Source: Lysobacterales bacterium
GTDB taxonomy: Bacteria > Pseudomonadota > Gammaproteobacteria > Xanthomonadales > SZUA-5
Reading direction: 5' to 3'
Assembly (NCBI GenBank): GCA_022844165.1
Contig: JALHMH010000015.1
Span: 32,001-96,000 of the forward strand
Length of the DNA stretch: 64,000 nt
This document shows positions 1 through 9,368 of the stretch, one piece after another. The number at the start of each line of letters is the position of its first letter. Position 1 is the first letter of the stretch. Under the pieces are notes generated by a model. That model worked only from the letters and a program-made list of their open reading frames with translations. It did not search any database and had not been told where the DNA came from. Made by a program: the position numbers and the translations under genes.

Positions 1-95
1 CAACAGCTCGCAAGGAAGGCGAAACACCTCACCTGTATCGAACGCGACTTCGAGGACACGGGAACGTTGATGGAGCCGAATGTCGGTTGGCTGGC

Positions 96-1175
96 TCATG
101 TGCCGCCCTTGGCATGTACTGGCATTTCGCCGTCAAGCTTCTCGCCGCGATTCCATGCCAATAACAGTGTGTATCCGACCGCGAGAAGCACAGGGCCCAG
201 GAATACCCCGAGGAAGCCGAAGGCGAGCACACCGCCGATGACGCCCAGAAACACCAACAGGAACGGCATCTGCGAGCCGCGGCTGATCAGATAAGGTTTG
301 ATGATGTTGTCGATCCCACTAATCACAAAGAATCCCCAGACGGCCATGAATACCGCGGCGGCGTAACGGTCTTGCGACCCAAGCCAGACAACCACGGGTA
401 CCCAGACGAGCGGAGGCCCCATTGGAATCAGCGACATGAAAAACGTCAGGAGCCCCAAAAACAGTGCGCCAGGTACGCCGACGATCGAAAAGCCCACGCC
501 CGCCAGCAGGCCTTGCGCCAGCGCTGTGCCGAGAATGCCGTACACCACGCCCTGGATTGTGCCACCCGCGACGTCGATGAACTGTCGCGCGCGCGGACCA
601 ATCAACCGCGTCAGTGCTTGACGCAATCCGATCGCAAGTTCGTCGCCGCGCCGGAACACAAAAAACGCAATGAACACCGACAAACCCAGCTCGACCGTGC
701 CGCGCCCGAGCACCGCGCCGCCCTTGATCACGCCATCGCGCACTGGATTCAATGCCGCTTTAGCGGCCTCAAGCAGGCCGGTCTGTGATTCAAGTTCCTG
801 CCAATAATCGGCGATGGCGACGCCGACCACAGGCAACTGAGCAACCCACGCCGGCGGCGGTGGCAATCCGCGTGCAACCCAGTCTTTCAGCGCCTGCGCC
901 CAGGCCGAGACGTTCTCGGCCAACGTCAGGCCCACGACGACAAAAGGCAAAACCAGAACGCACGCAACTGCCAGTGTCATGACGACAGCGGTTAACGTGC
1001 GCCTTCCTTGCAGTTTGCTCACCAGCCATTGGTACGCAGGCCAGCTTGCGTAACACAAGATCACTGCCCACATCAGTGCCGACAAGAAGGGCTTGAGTAC
1101 CAGGAAACAGCCCACGGCCAGGAAACTGAGCGCAGCAGCGGCAAACAAGGCTTCAATCAGTCGTTGACGATCCAT
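96..1175 (-). CDS. AI-2E family (PerM/YdiK-like) inner membrane transporter
   Basis: 359-aa multi-TM ORF with family motifs 'LIPMGPPLVWVP' and 'IDNIIKPYLISRGSQMPFLLVFLGVIGGVLAFGFLGVFLGP'. Confidence 0.9.
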   Translation of the reverse strand: MDRQRLIEALFAAAALSFLAVGCFLVLKPFLSALMWAVILCYASWPAYQWLVSKLQGRRTLTAVVMTLAVACVLVLPFVVVGLTLAENVSAWAQALKDWVARGLPPPPAWVAQLPVVGVAIADYWQELESQTGLLEAAKAALNPVRDGVIKGGAVLGRGTVELGLSVFIAFFVFRRGDELAIGLRQALTRLIGPRARQFIDVAGGTIQGVVYGILGTALAQGLLAGVGFSIVGVPGALFLGLLTFFMSLIPMGPPLVWVPVVVWLGSQDRYAAAVFMAVWGFFVISGIDNIIKPYLISRGSQMPFLLVFLGVIGGVLAFGFLGVFLGPVLLAVGYTLLLAWNRGEKLDGEMPVHAKGGT

Positions 1176-1205
1176 GGGTGTCGTATGCGCAAACCAGAGC
1201 CGAGT

Positions 1206-1494
1206 CTAGCGAGGTTTAGCCTCAGACCGGCGAGCTTTGTTGGCTCACGTCAAGCACGTTAGAGTCCTTGACGGCTCGACAAATGAGTCAAGTTTTCGAC
1301 GAAGCGGATTTGGCTTTTGAAGCCCCCTTGAGTCAAGCGGGGTGAGGATCGGCGCTGACACGCCGCAAGGCGTGTACGCGCCGAACGACCGGCGGCTGTG
1401 CCGTCGGGCCGGAAATGCGGAGCGCGGGGTTGTGGCGAGTACGCTGTCGGACGAAGCCAGCAATGCTCGTCGGTCTGAGGCGAAGCCTCGTTAG
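1206..1494. repeat. Dispersed multi-hairpin repeat, copy 1 (MITE/REP-like; bounded by ~40-bp imperfect inverted repeats)
   Basis: Left end ctagcgaggtttagcctcagaccggcgagc is the imperfect reverse complement of right end gctcgtcggtctgaggcgaagcctcgttag. Body matches 32711-32970 and, reversed, 63372-63601. Confidence 0.85.
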
Positions 1495-1564
1495 TGGGTC
1501 GTTTGCGCAACCATGCCCTGAGGTTGCTCTTGTGTTCACGCAGACAGGCCACACCTTCTGACCC

Positions 1565-2380
1565 ATGAACATCAGACCCCTGCCCGACGCGGCATTCACG
1601 CGTCAAGCACTGGCGCGAGATCGCCGTCGCCTTGAGACCGCCTTTTTTTGGGGGGCGATCAGCATCGCGCTGTTGTGGCTGGTGATGCTTGCCGAGTGGG
1701 CTGCTGGAACACGATTCTCGTTTCTCGGACTGGCCCCGCGCGAACTGACGGGGCTTGTCGGTTTGATCGGCGCTCCGTTGGTGCACGGCTCACTTGAGCA
1801 CCTGATCGCCAATAGCATTCCAACTTTCGTCCTCATCAGCCTCGGTATGTATGCCGTGCCGCTGGCGACTGCGCGCGCAGTGCCGTTGATCTGGATCGTC
1901 AGCGGCGCTTTGGTCTGGCTGTTTGCCCGCGACTCGGTGCATATCGGCGCTTCCGGTGTGACCCACGGTCTGATGAGTTTTCTGTTTGTGCTCGGTGCAG
2001 TCCGGCGCGATCGGATCACCATCGCCGTCGCGCTGATCGTGTTTTTTCTTTATGGCAGCATGGCCTACGGCTTCTTACCCACGAAAGCTGGAATCAGTTT
2101 CGAATATCACGGCGCCGGTCTGGTCGGTGGCGTCATCGCCGCGCTGCTTTGGCGAAATCTCGATCCGCTGCCAGAACAAAAACGCTATGACTGGGAAGAC
2201 GAACCTGAAAACGACGAGGAGTGGAACGACGATCCGCTCGAACCCCCGTCGCCGCAACATGTGCCGGTGCTTTGGGACGGGCCGCGTCGTCCCACGCGCG
2301 GTGCCTTGCTGCAATTTCCGTCGCGACGCCGAGTCGAGTTTGCCGATGACGAAGATGGTCGAATCGAGCCGGAGCGCTGA
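1565..2380 (+). CDS. Rhomboid family intramembrane serine protease
   Basis: 'HGSLEHLIAN', catalytic 'GASG' and a late-TM His ('EYHGAG'); acidic C-terminal tail. Confidence 0.9.
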   Translation: MNIRPLPDAAFTRQALARDRRRLETAFFWGAISIALLWLVMLAEWAAGTRFSFLGLAPRELTGLVGLIGAPLVHGSLEHLIANSIPTFVLISLGMYAVPLATARAVPLIWIVSGALVWLFARDSVHIGASGVTHGLMSFLFVLGAVRRDRITIAVALIVFFLYGSMAYGFLPTKAGISFEYHGAGLVGGVIAALLWRNLDPLPEQKRYDWEDEPENDEEWNDDPLEPPSPQHVPVLWDGPRRPTRGALLQFPSRRRVEFADDEDGRIEPER

Positions 2381-2416
2381 TTGAGGCTCAAACCCCATTG
2401 TTGGCGACAGCCAGGT

Positions 2417-2780
2417 TCCCTCCACCCGGGCCAGGCGATAAGCCGGGTTCTGTCGCGAACGATCATTCCTCTGGAGCTGGCGTCGCCGCCAGTCTCAAGC
2501 AGCTTACCCGGGGAAGACGCGGGCCGCGCCATACTCCCCCTATTTAGCCTTGCTGCCGATGGGGTTTGCCGTGCCGTCCGTGTTGCCACGTCCGCGGTGC
2601 GCTCTTACCGCACCGTTTCACCCTTGCCCGCGCTCCTTTCGAAGCCGTTGGCGGTTTGTTTTCTGTTGCACTTTCCGTGAGCTCTCGCTCCCCAGGCGTT
2701 ACCTGGCATCGTGCCCTGTGCAGCCCGGACTTTCCTCGGTGTTACCACCGCGATCGTTTGCCCGGCGCCGGATGGAGGGA
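2417..2780 (-). ncRNA. rnpB: RNase P RNA (class A)
   Basis: Minus strand has GAGGAAAGTCCGGGC near the 5' end and ACAGAACCCGGCTTA near the 3' end. Terminal arms tccctccatccgg / ccgggtggaggga pair as an extended P1. Ends approximate. Confidence 0.95.
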
Positions 2781-2961
2781 TCCGGAGTCTACTCTCTTTG
2801 GCAACCGTGGTTTGATCGCCTGGGCTTGTGGCCACGGGATCGGCCATAAGTCGGTTCATTGGCTTGCAGCATTTTGACGTCCTCCCTTTTTGCCAACTGC
2901 CTCGTCGCGCACAGTATCGGGGTTACGTAGACTCGGCGCCCAACCTCCAAGGGCGTTATCA

Positions 2962-3816
2962 ATGTCCCATCGAACGATGATCGCGGTCTGGGTCGCGTGC
3001 AGTTCCTTCTGCTCGTCGGAAGCAGGCGCACAATCGCTGAGCAGCCCCGAGAGCCTGCAATTCGATAGCGCCAATCAGCGCTATCTCATCAGCAATCGCG
3101 GTGCCGGGAACATCCTGGCGCGCAGCACAGAAGGCACACTGACGGTGTTCACCGATGACCCTTCGAGCCCCGCAGGCATGGAGATCATGCAAGGCGCGGT
3201 GTACGTTGCCGATGGCGCCCGTGTGCGCGGATATCGACTGAGCGATGCCGTGCGTGTGCTCGATTTTCCGATCCCCGGGGCAGGTTTCCTCAATGGTCTG
3301 GCGTCGAATGGCAACGGTATCTTGTGGGTGACCGATTTCAGCCAACGCCGCTTGCACGCGCTGGATGTTTCGAACTTGAGCGCGCCGGTTTTGAACACGC
3401 TGCTGACCGACACCGTCTTCACGCCCAATGGCGTGGTTTGGGATGGCGCAGAAAATCGTCTGTTGTTGGTCAGCTGGGGCGCCAACGCGCGAATCGCCGA
3501 ATACCGTTTCGCCGATCAGATGCTCAACACAATCGTGACCACAACGCTCGGCAACTTCGATGGCATCGTGCTCGGCTGCGACAACGCTGTCTACGTTTCG
3601 AGCTGGTCCCCCAGCGGCACGATACGCAGGCTGGCATCGCCTTTGACCGTTGCCTCGCCAGCCCTGGACTTTGTCATGGGTCTGAGCAACCCTGCCGATA
3701 TTGCCTTCAGCCCGGAGCGTAGCGAGATCGCAAGCCCGAACGCGGGCAACAACTCCGTCAGTTTTCATCCCATCGTGTGCCCAACCGAGCCACTGTTTGC
3801 GAACGGTTTCGAGTAA
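2962..3816 (+). CDS. Secreted SMP-30/gluconolactonase-like beta-propeller protein with C-terminal LFANGFE tail
   Basis: Signal-peptide-like N-terminus; blade motifs 'SPES', 'FLNGL', 'PNG', 'FDG', 'PADI'; ends PLFANGFE; start codon uncertain. Confidence 0.75.
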   Translation: MSHRTMIAVWVACSSFCSSEAGAQSLSSPESLQFDSANQRYLISNRGAGNILARSTEGTLTVFTDDPSSPAGMEIMQGAVYVADGARVRGYRLSDAVRVLDFPIPGAGFLNGLASNGNGILWVTDFSQRRLHALDVSNLSAPVLNTLLTDTVFTPNGVVWDGAENRLLLVSWGANARIAEYRFADQMLNTIVTTTLGNFDGIVLGCDNAVYVSSWSPSGTIRRLASPLTVASPALDFVMGLSNPADIAFSPERSEIASPNAGNNSVSFHPIVCPTEPLFANGFE

Positions 3817-4351
3817 CTTCCGGCCTCGCGAGGCATACCTCTGAATCATGCCCGTCAACGGGTCAGGGTTCATCTCGATAGTTGACGAACAACGTAGGAA
3901 GAGAGGTTGACACAGAGGGAGGCACCACAACGACGCCGAATACGTGTCCGAGAACCGAACCGCTGAAATCGCAGGAAGAAGTCGATCGAAACGCTGGAAC
4001 GACGCAGAAGCACGACCGAGGAAGTAACGCGGGACCCGGATCTCGATCATCGAGACGGGGCGGTGTTGACCCAAGTCCAAGTAGTAGGATCAAAAACTAG
4101 AAGCAGATCAGGTGTTGACAGGAGGCGTCCATACGTGTCCTCGTTATGTTGTTCACCGACTAGGCGCACCTAGAGATTTTCGATGGATGAACTGCAATGA
4201 GTCCCGAATTAAGCGCTTTTTACAAACAGCTTCGGATATACCGTAAAATCAAATTCGCAGCCGTTATCGCGACGGATCGCCCTGTCGAGAAAAAACATCA
4301 TGGACCAAAGCGCAGCCTGCCCGCCTTGATTCCGTAACATCTTTGGCGCAT

Positions 4352-4828
4352 TTAGTCTATTAGCTGCACATCGGCCAAGGAAAGCGCTGAAATAATACGC
4401 TCGGCTTTAGTGCGACAATTGGAGTTGCACGTCTTCGAGAGCGAACTCAATGCCCTTATTATCCGAAGCTTGACTCCGCGCAGCTGTTCCACTTCCGATT
4501 CTGAATCTGTGGTTAAAAGCAACGCTCCCGCGTCGCTTACCCATGCATCAAAGTCACTCTCGTGCCTTTCGAACCAGACAAGCATCATCTCCGGCCGGCA
4601 TTCTAGCGCTCGACCAAGGTGATCTGATACCTCAAAGCCAAGCGCACCATCTCTAATCAACCAAAGACTACCAATCGTATGAATGACTGGAATCGCGTCA
4701 CTTTCTCTTTCGCCGCAAAGTAGTTTTTCTGCATTGGTGTCCAGCCACAATAAACTCTCCGATGCGAAATCGCGCGACCAAGCGGTTGATTGAAGAAAGA
4801 AACTAACGGCAATCAAAAGCCTACTCAC
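4352..4828 (-). CDS. Putative periplasmic immunity protein
   Basis: Signal-peptide-like start (MSRLLIAVSFFLQSTAWS); GTGA overlap with the upstream toxin-like ORF; AT-richer than the backbone. Confidence 0.6.
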   Translation of the reverse strand: MSRLLIAVSFFLQSTAWSRDFASESLLWLDTNAEKLLCGERESDAIPVIHTIGSLWLIRDGALGFEVSDHLGRALECRPEMMLVWFERHESDFDAWVSDAGALLLTTDSESEVEQLRGVKLRIIRALSSLSKTCNSNCRTKAERIISALSLADVQLID

Positions 4829-5598
4829 TCAAACCCTCCATCGAAACGCTCTGATATAATAATCCTTGCAGTCATTTGCTGCCGAATGGAATTATATAAG
4901 GCTTTGGTTGCTGCACGACTGTTATAAACTCTGTTGGAGCGATATTCGCTTCCAGGCATTAAGCAACCAAGTGTATGCGCCGGTGTATTCCCAGAATGAA
5001 TGAGGATTTTCGACCTGCCGGGCACTCGTTGCAATTCAAATGCCGACGGATACGCGCGGCTTGAGTACGGCATGAGCTCATATGATCCGGGCATTATTCT
5101 TAGGTCACTACCTTCGATTGTAGAACTTGGTCCAGCGGGCTCCAAAACAAATGCGCTGTTGAAGTTTCCGTAAAGATCTTCCCAATATATTTCGCTGATC
5201 GTAGCTTCGTTCGTTGTGAGAAATCTAAATAATTTTATCTCAAGTTCGGTTGGCAAGAAATCTTCGACTGCGTCGGAGCCATACGGATCCGGAGGAGGAG
5301 CACCTGGCCCATTCGCCGGTCGATGCCATTCATCATTAAACGCCCTAGAAAACGCCGCCGTGACTGCCCCATTGGCGAACTTCCCACCGCTCGCCGCGCT
5401 GACCGATCCGCCTACGAGAGCGGCGGCGATGACTCGGCTGGGGCTGAATCTGCGGTTCGCCGCGTCCAGCGTGTCGATTTTTCCTGAGAACGCTTGTGTC
5501 ACGCCTGCGGACAGGAAGCCATGGCCAAATTTTCCGCCCTGCAAAGTCTGCATCACGCCACCCGCAATGCCATGCGCAGCCACTTTGGCCGCGAACAA
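4825..5598 (-). pseudogene. Orphan Rhs/polymorphic toxin C-terminal fragment with DUF5675-like (L,D-transpeptidase-fold) domain
   Basis: Gly-rich pre-toxin segment 'GGKFGHGFLSAG...GGKFANGAVTAAF' then 'VPGRSKILIHSGNTPAHTLGCLMPG'. In-frame stop just upstream and no Rhs core in the window. Confidence 0.7.
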
Positions 5599-5928
5599 GC
5601 CGGGACTCAGGTCCGTGCGCTATAGCGCGACCCACAAGAGCGACGTGTCCCGTTGGTCGCGCCATGCGACGCTGTTGTCTGGAATGCTGCGGTGAAGTCG
5701 CCCACTGGATGGGCTGCCTTCCTGCTGTGGGGGGCGCGATAACTTCGACAGTCGATGGTGAATCTGGCGGGCTGACCCGCAACGGCTTTGACATAGTTTC
5801 TCCGATCAAAGCCGCTCTGAAATGAGAGATAACTCAAAGTATAACTGGCAGGTCGCATTGATTTGAAGATGCACGCACCCTGGACCGACCAGGGCGCGCG
5901 GTGTCTTTTGGCCTGGATGACCGTTCGA

Positions 5929-8900
5929 TCATTCAAATCCGTTCGCGAACAGTCCATCGTCTGCGCCCGCCGCGATCACGCACCATTGATTAACGGTGCC
6001 GCTGTCGCCGGTGGCATCGTCAATGACGGTCAGACGGAAGTCGCCGGCGGGCAGGCCATTGAATCGTGCCAGATCGTCTTGCGGACGCAATTCGCCGTTG
6101 ATGGCTGGTGCGGTGGTGCGACAGGCGACGATTGCGCTGTCATCGTCGTTGAAGGTGCCGTTGACATCATCGCCGGTGCAATTGTTTTGTTTGGTGTACA
6201 GCCGTGCTTCTACGCCGCTGGCGACGTGCGTGAGACGGAATGCCAACTGTCCAGCGCTGGTGTGTGCGGTATTAATGCTGACATCCAGATCGCCGATCAG
6301 CGAGCCAGGTACGGTCAGTGTCTGCGTGGCACCGCTGGCGTTGCCATCGGGAATCGGCAGGGCGCTCTGCGAACAAATGGCGGCGGCCGTTGTGAAGCTG
6401 CGCATGGTGCTGGCGGCAGACTCGCCGCAGGCGTTGATTGCGGTCACGCGCCAAAAGCGGGTGACGGCCGGCGCCAGTTGTGGCAAGCGGAACTGCGTCG
6501 CGATGGTCTCGAAGCTCTGAGTGTTCGGTCCGGCTGCAAAAGCACTGCTGTCGGATACGTCCACGCGATAACGCAACGCGCCCGTCGCGGCCTGCCAGGA
6601 CAGCTGTGGCGCGCGTTTGACGCCTGTCTGACTATCGCCCGGGCTGCCCAGCAATGGCGCAGCTGAGGTGCTGCTCGATACCCATAGTGGCAGCGCCAGT
6701 TCGTCGTCCGTACCGCCGCTCACGTCAGCGCGAACAGTGGTTGGATACGCACCGGGGACCAGTCCTGCCTGCGGTGTCAATGTCAGCGTGCTGCTGCCGG
6801 TGTTGATCGAGGCGGGCGCAAAGGCCACGCCGAGGCCGCTCGGTGCGCCGTCCAAACTGAGCGCAGCGTTGCCGGCAAAACCGGCGAAACTGCCGAAACT
6901 CAGGTTGGTCTGCGTCGGCGTTGCGCCGCAGACATTGATCGTTGTTGCCGGGGAAGTGATCGCCACACCCGCCTCGCGACAGTTGGTGCACACCAATGCG
7001 TAATCTTGCGCGGGTGTTCCGGGCGTGCCGTTGCCCGCGAGTGCATCGGCGTTGATCGCCGCGGCCGTCAATGTGATCGTTGTGGCGCCGCCGGCGGGCG
7101 CTGCCAGATAGACATTTTCAATGTTGTTCAGCCGATCGAAGCTGCCGCCGGTTACCGACGTGCCGTTGTTGAAGACGTTGCCAAAGTACGTCTGGCCACC
7201 GTTCACCACGGTCAGGTCCAGATCGTTCACGAGGGCCGGATTGGCCTGCACCGCGCCAGGCGCATCGGTCCACACCAGCGAGATCTTCATGGGTCTGCCG
7301 GGATCGACCAACCCGACCGTAAAGCTTCGCGTTTGTCCGGTGGCTGTGAGTACATCGTCCTGATCGCGATACACGCCGCGCAAGCTCGGATCGAAGGTGT
7401 ACTTCAGGTCGACCTGACCCCAGCCCTCGTCGTTATTCGGTATCGGTCGCGAGCCGTCGTTGGCGTTTGGTGTGCCGGTGCCGGCCAGATCGTAGGCACC
7501 ATTGATCAGTACCGCTTTGGTCATGGCTGGAGACGGAACGGCACCGGCGAATTTTTTGGCCCACCATTCGTGCACCAGAGCTGCCGCGCCGGAGACCATG
7601 GGCGTGGACATGCTGGTGCCGGAGCACAGCGAGAACAGGCCGTTGGTGCCGGCGATTGCCGTTCCGCATTGGCCACCTTCAGCGCGACGTGTTGAACCGG
7701 TATTGCCGCCAACGCCAGTGATCGTGGGGAGGGTCCGACCATCTTCTGCGGGTCCTCGCGACGACGAGGAACTGATGTTGCTGGAGCTGGCGGGGTTGGT
7801 GCGCCCGACTAACGAATTGGCTACGGAGATGATGTTTTTCGCCACGTGGGGGCCGGTGAGGGTCGATACGCCGGGTCCAGCGTTTCCAGCTGAAAACAAG
7901 ATCGAAAAAGCTTGGTTACCGGTGGTGTTGAAATCGCCGTCGCGAACCAGAGTGTCGTATTCACGCTCGCTGGCAAGGTAACGCACTTGCGGCGAACTGC
8001 CCGAGTTGTTCCAGGAATTATTTGATCCGCGCGAACCCGCCGCCAATGGAATGCGCGTGCGCTCGGGGTTGGGCATGCCACCGCAACCCACCGATCGAAC
8101 CGCAAAGAGCCCCGCCGCCGGAGCGACGCCTTGACCATATCGGTAACCGTTGGCATCGGTTTCCGCCGCGGGCCCGGAGAAGTCTCCAGTACCGCGACCC
8201 GCCAGCGATCCCGAGACATGCGAGCCATGCCCACCGCTGTCGTCGCCCGGCAACGGGGCCGTGGGGCAGCCTGGGCCGTCGTGACCGCCCACCCGCGCCA
8301 CCCCCAAATCCGGATGCTCCCAATCGGTACCAGAATCGACCACCGCCCAGGTGATGCCTGCGCCGCTCAAGCCCAGATCCCACGGCACGCCGATGGTCTT
8401 CAGGAAATCAAGATATCCCGGTGCGTTGCCGATTCCGCTGGGCGAGAAGTTGCGCGCGAAGACCTGGTTGGCCATTTCATCGTCGGGCTGCGCCTCCGAT
8501 TCGCGACCAACCCAAACCAACTCCGGGAGCTGTGAAACAGCCGCTAGAGCGCCGGCGTCGATGCGACCTGACGCGCGATAGAAGCGGGCGTCCGGCTGGG
8601 CTGGGTAAAACTGTTTGAGTGACACGCCGCGCGCGGCTAGCGTGCCCTGCAGCGTTGTCGGTGAGCCAGAGTTGAACAACAGAAAGCTTGCGTCTTCAAT
8701 CGGCCCATTGCTGCTGCGCAAGTTCGGATCGATTCGCAGGTCGCCGCCGAAGGCTGCTGCGCCGCGAATCATCGGTTGACCGTCCAGCGCAGCGATGGAT
8801 GCCCCGTCGGCCCAGACGAGATAGGCGTTGTGCGGATAGTACTGAAGCGGCAATACCTCGGCAGATTCCAGGGCCTGCGTCCAGGCGGCGCGCGCCGGGC

Positions 8901-9216
8901 CATCGAATTGCACCAGAAACAACCCTTGTGCGGCGGATTTGTCAGCGAGGCGCGGTGCGGTCATGGGCACTTGAACAGAACCAACTCGCACATCGTCGCC
9001 AGCGATCTCGACAATGATCCCGCGACTACGAAGTTTGGCGATCGCGGCTGGTTCCAGCCGCGCCCAGGAAAAGCCTCCGTGGTCTTCGACTCGTTCGACG
9101 TACTCGCCCAGCGTGGCGATCGTTTCGGGTGAGGCATGGACACGCACGGCGATCGGGTCGGCAAGAGCGGCTTGCGCAAGAATGGCGCCGAGCGAAATGA
9201 CGGTGAGACGATTCAT
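5929..9216 (-). CDS. Secreted S8 family serine peptidase with P-proprotein domain and LFANGFE tail
   Basis: Triad motifs 'VVDSG', 'HGSHV', 'GTSMS'; signal peptide MNRLTVISLGAILAQAALA; Ig/FN3-like and P-domain-like C-terminal regions; ends DDGLFANGFE. Confidence 0.92.
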   Translation of the reverse strand: MNRLTVISLGAILAQAALADPIAVRVHASPETIATLGEYVERVEDHGGFSWARLEPAAIAKLRSRGIIVEIAGDDVRVGSVQVPMTAPRLADKSAAQGLFLVQFDGPARAAWTQALESAEVLPLQYYPHNAYLVWADGASIAALDGQPMIRGAAAFGGDLRIDPNLRSSNGPIEDASFLLFNSGSPTTLQGTLAARGVSLKQFYPAQPDARFYRASGRIDAGALAAVSQLPELVWVGRESEAQPDDEMANQVFARNFSPSGIGNAPGYLDFLKTIGVPWDLGLSGAGITWAVVDSGTDWEHPDLGVARVGGHDGPGCPTAPLPGDDSGGHGSHVSGSLAGRGTGDFSGPAAETDANGYRYGQGVAPAAGLFAVRSVGCGGMPNPERTRIPLAAGSRGSNNSWNNSGSSPQVRYLASEREYDTLVRDGDFNTTGNQAFSILFSAGNAGPGVSTLTGPHVAKNIISVANSLVGRTNPASSSNISSSSSRGPAEDGRTLPTITGVGGNTGSTRRAEGGQCGTAIAGTNGLFSLCSGTSMSTPMVSGAAALVHEWWAKKFAGAVPSPAMTKAVLINGAYDLAGTGTPNANDGSRPIPNNDEGWGQVDLKYTFDPSLRGVYRDQDDVLTATGQTRSFTVGLVDPGRPMKISLVWTDAPGAVQANPALVNDLDLTVVNGGQTYFGNVFNNGTSVTGGSFDRLNNIENVYLAAPAGGATTITLTAAAINADALAGNGTPGTPAQDYALVCTNCREAGVAITSPATTINVCGATPTQTNLSFGSFAGFAGNAALSLDGAPSGLGVAFAPASINTGSSTLTLTPQAGLVPGAYPTTVRADVSGGTDDELALPLWVSSSTSAAPLLGSPGDSQTGVKRAPQLSWQAATGALRYRVDVSDSSAFAAGPNTQSFETIATQFRLPQLAPAVTRFWRVTAINACGESAASTMRSFTTAAAICSQSALPIPDGNASGATQTLTVPGSLIGDLDVSINTAHTSAGQLAFRLTHVASGVEARLYTKQNNCTGDDVNGTFNDDDSAIVACRTTAPAINGELRPQDDLARFNGLPAGDFRLTVIDDATGDSGTVNQWCVIAAGADDGLFANGFE

Positions 9217-9368
9217 TGGAGTTTCCCTGGGAACGGTCGAAACAAGAGAGTGCTCGCGGCGTCGAAGTTGCGCCAGGAACTTCTTTGGCTGGGCGCGAGC
9301 GACCGGTAGAGTGCCAGGGGCAGCCATCGGACGGCAAGTGCCGTTGCAGCAAGCTCGCTTACGCAGCG

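Noticed and set aside
1259-1786. ORFs 1259-1786, 32408-33046 and 63260-63532 share the peptide 'HCWL..AYSPQPRA..FRP.G.AAGRS'
   Set aside because: This is translation through the dispersed DNA repeat. The ORFs overlap real genes and have unrelated starts and ends.
1565-2380. Rhomboid protease as the processing enzyme for GFE-tailed proteins
   Set aside because: Rhomboids cleave TM substrates and the GFE tail has no TM helix. Proximity is the only link.
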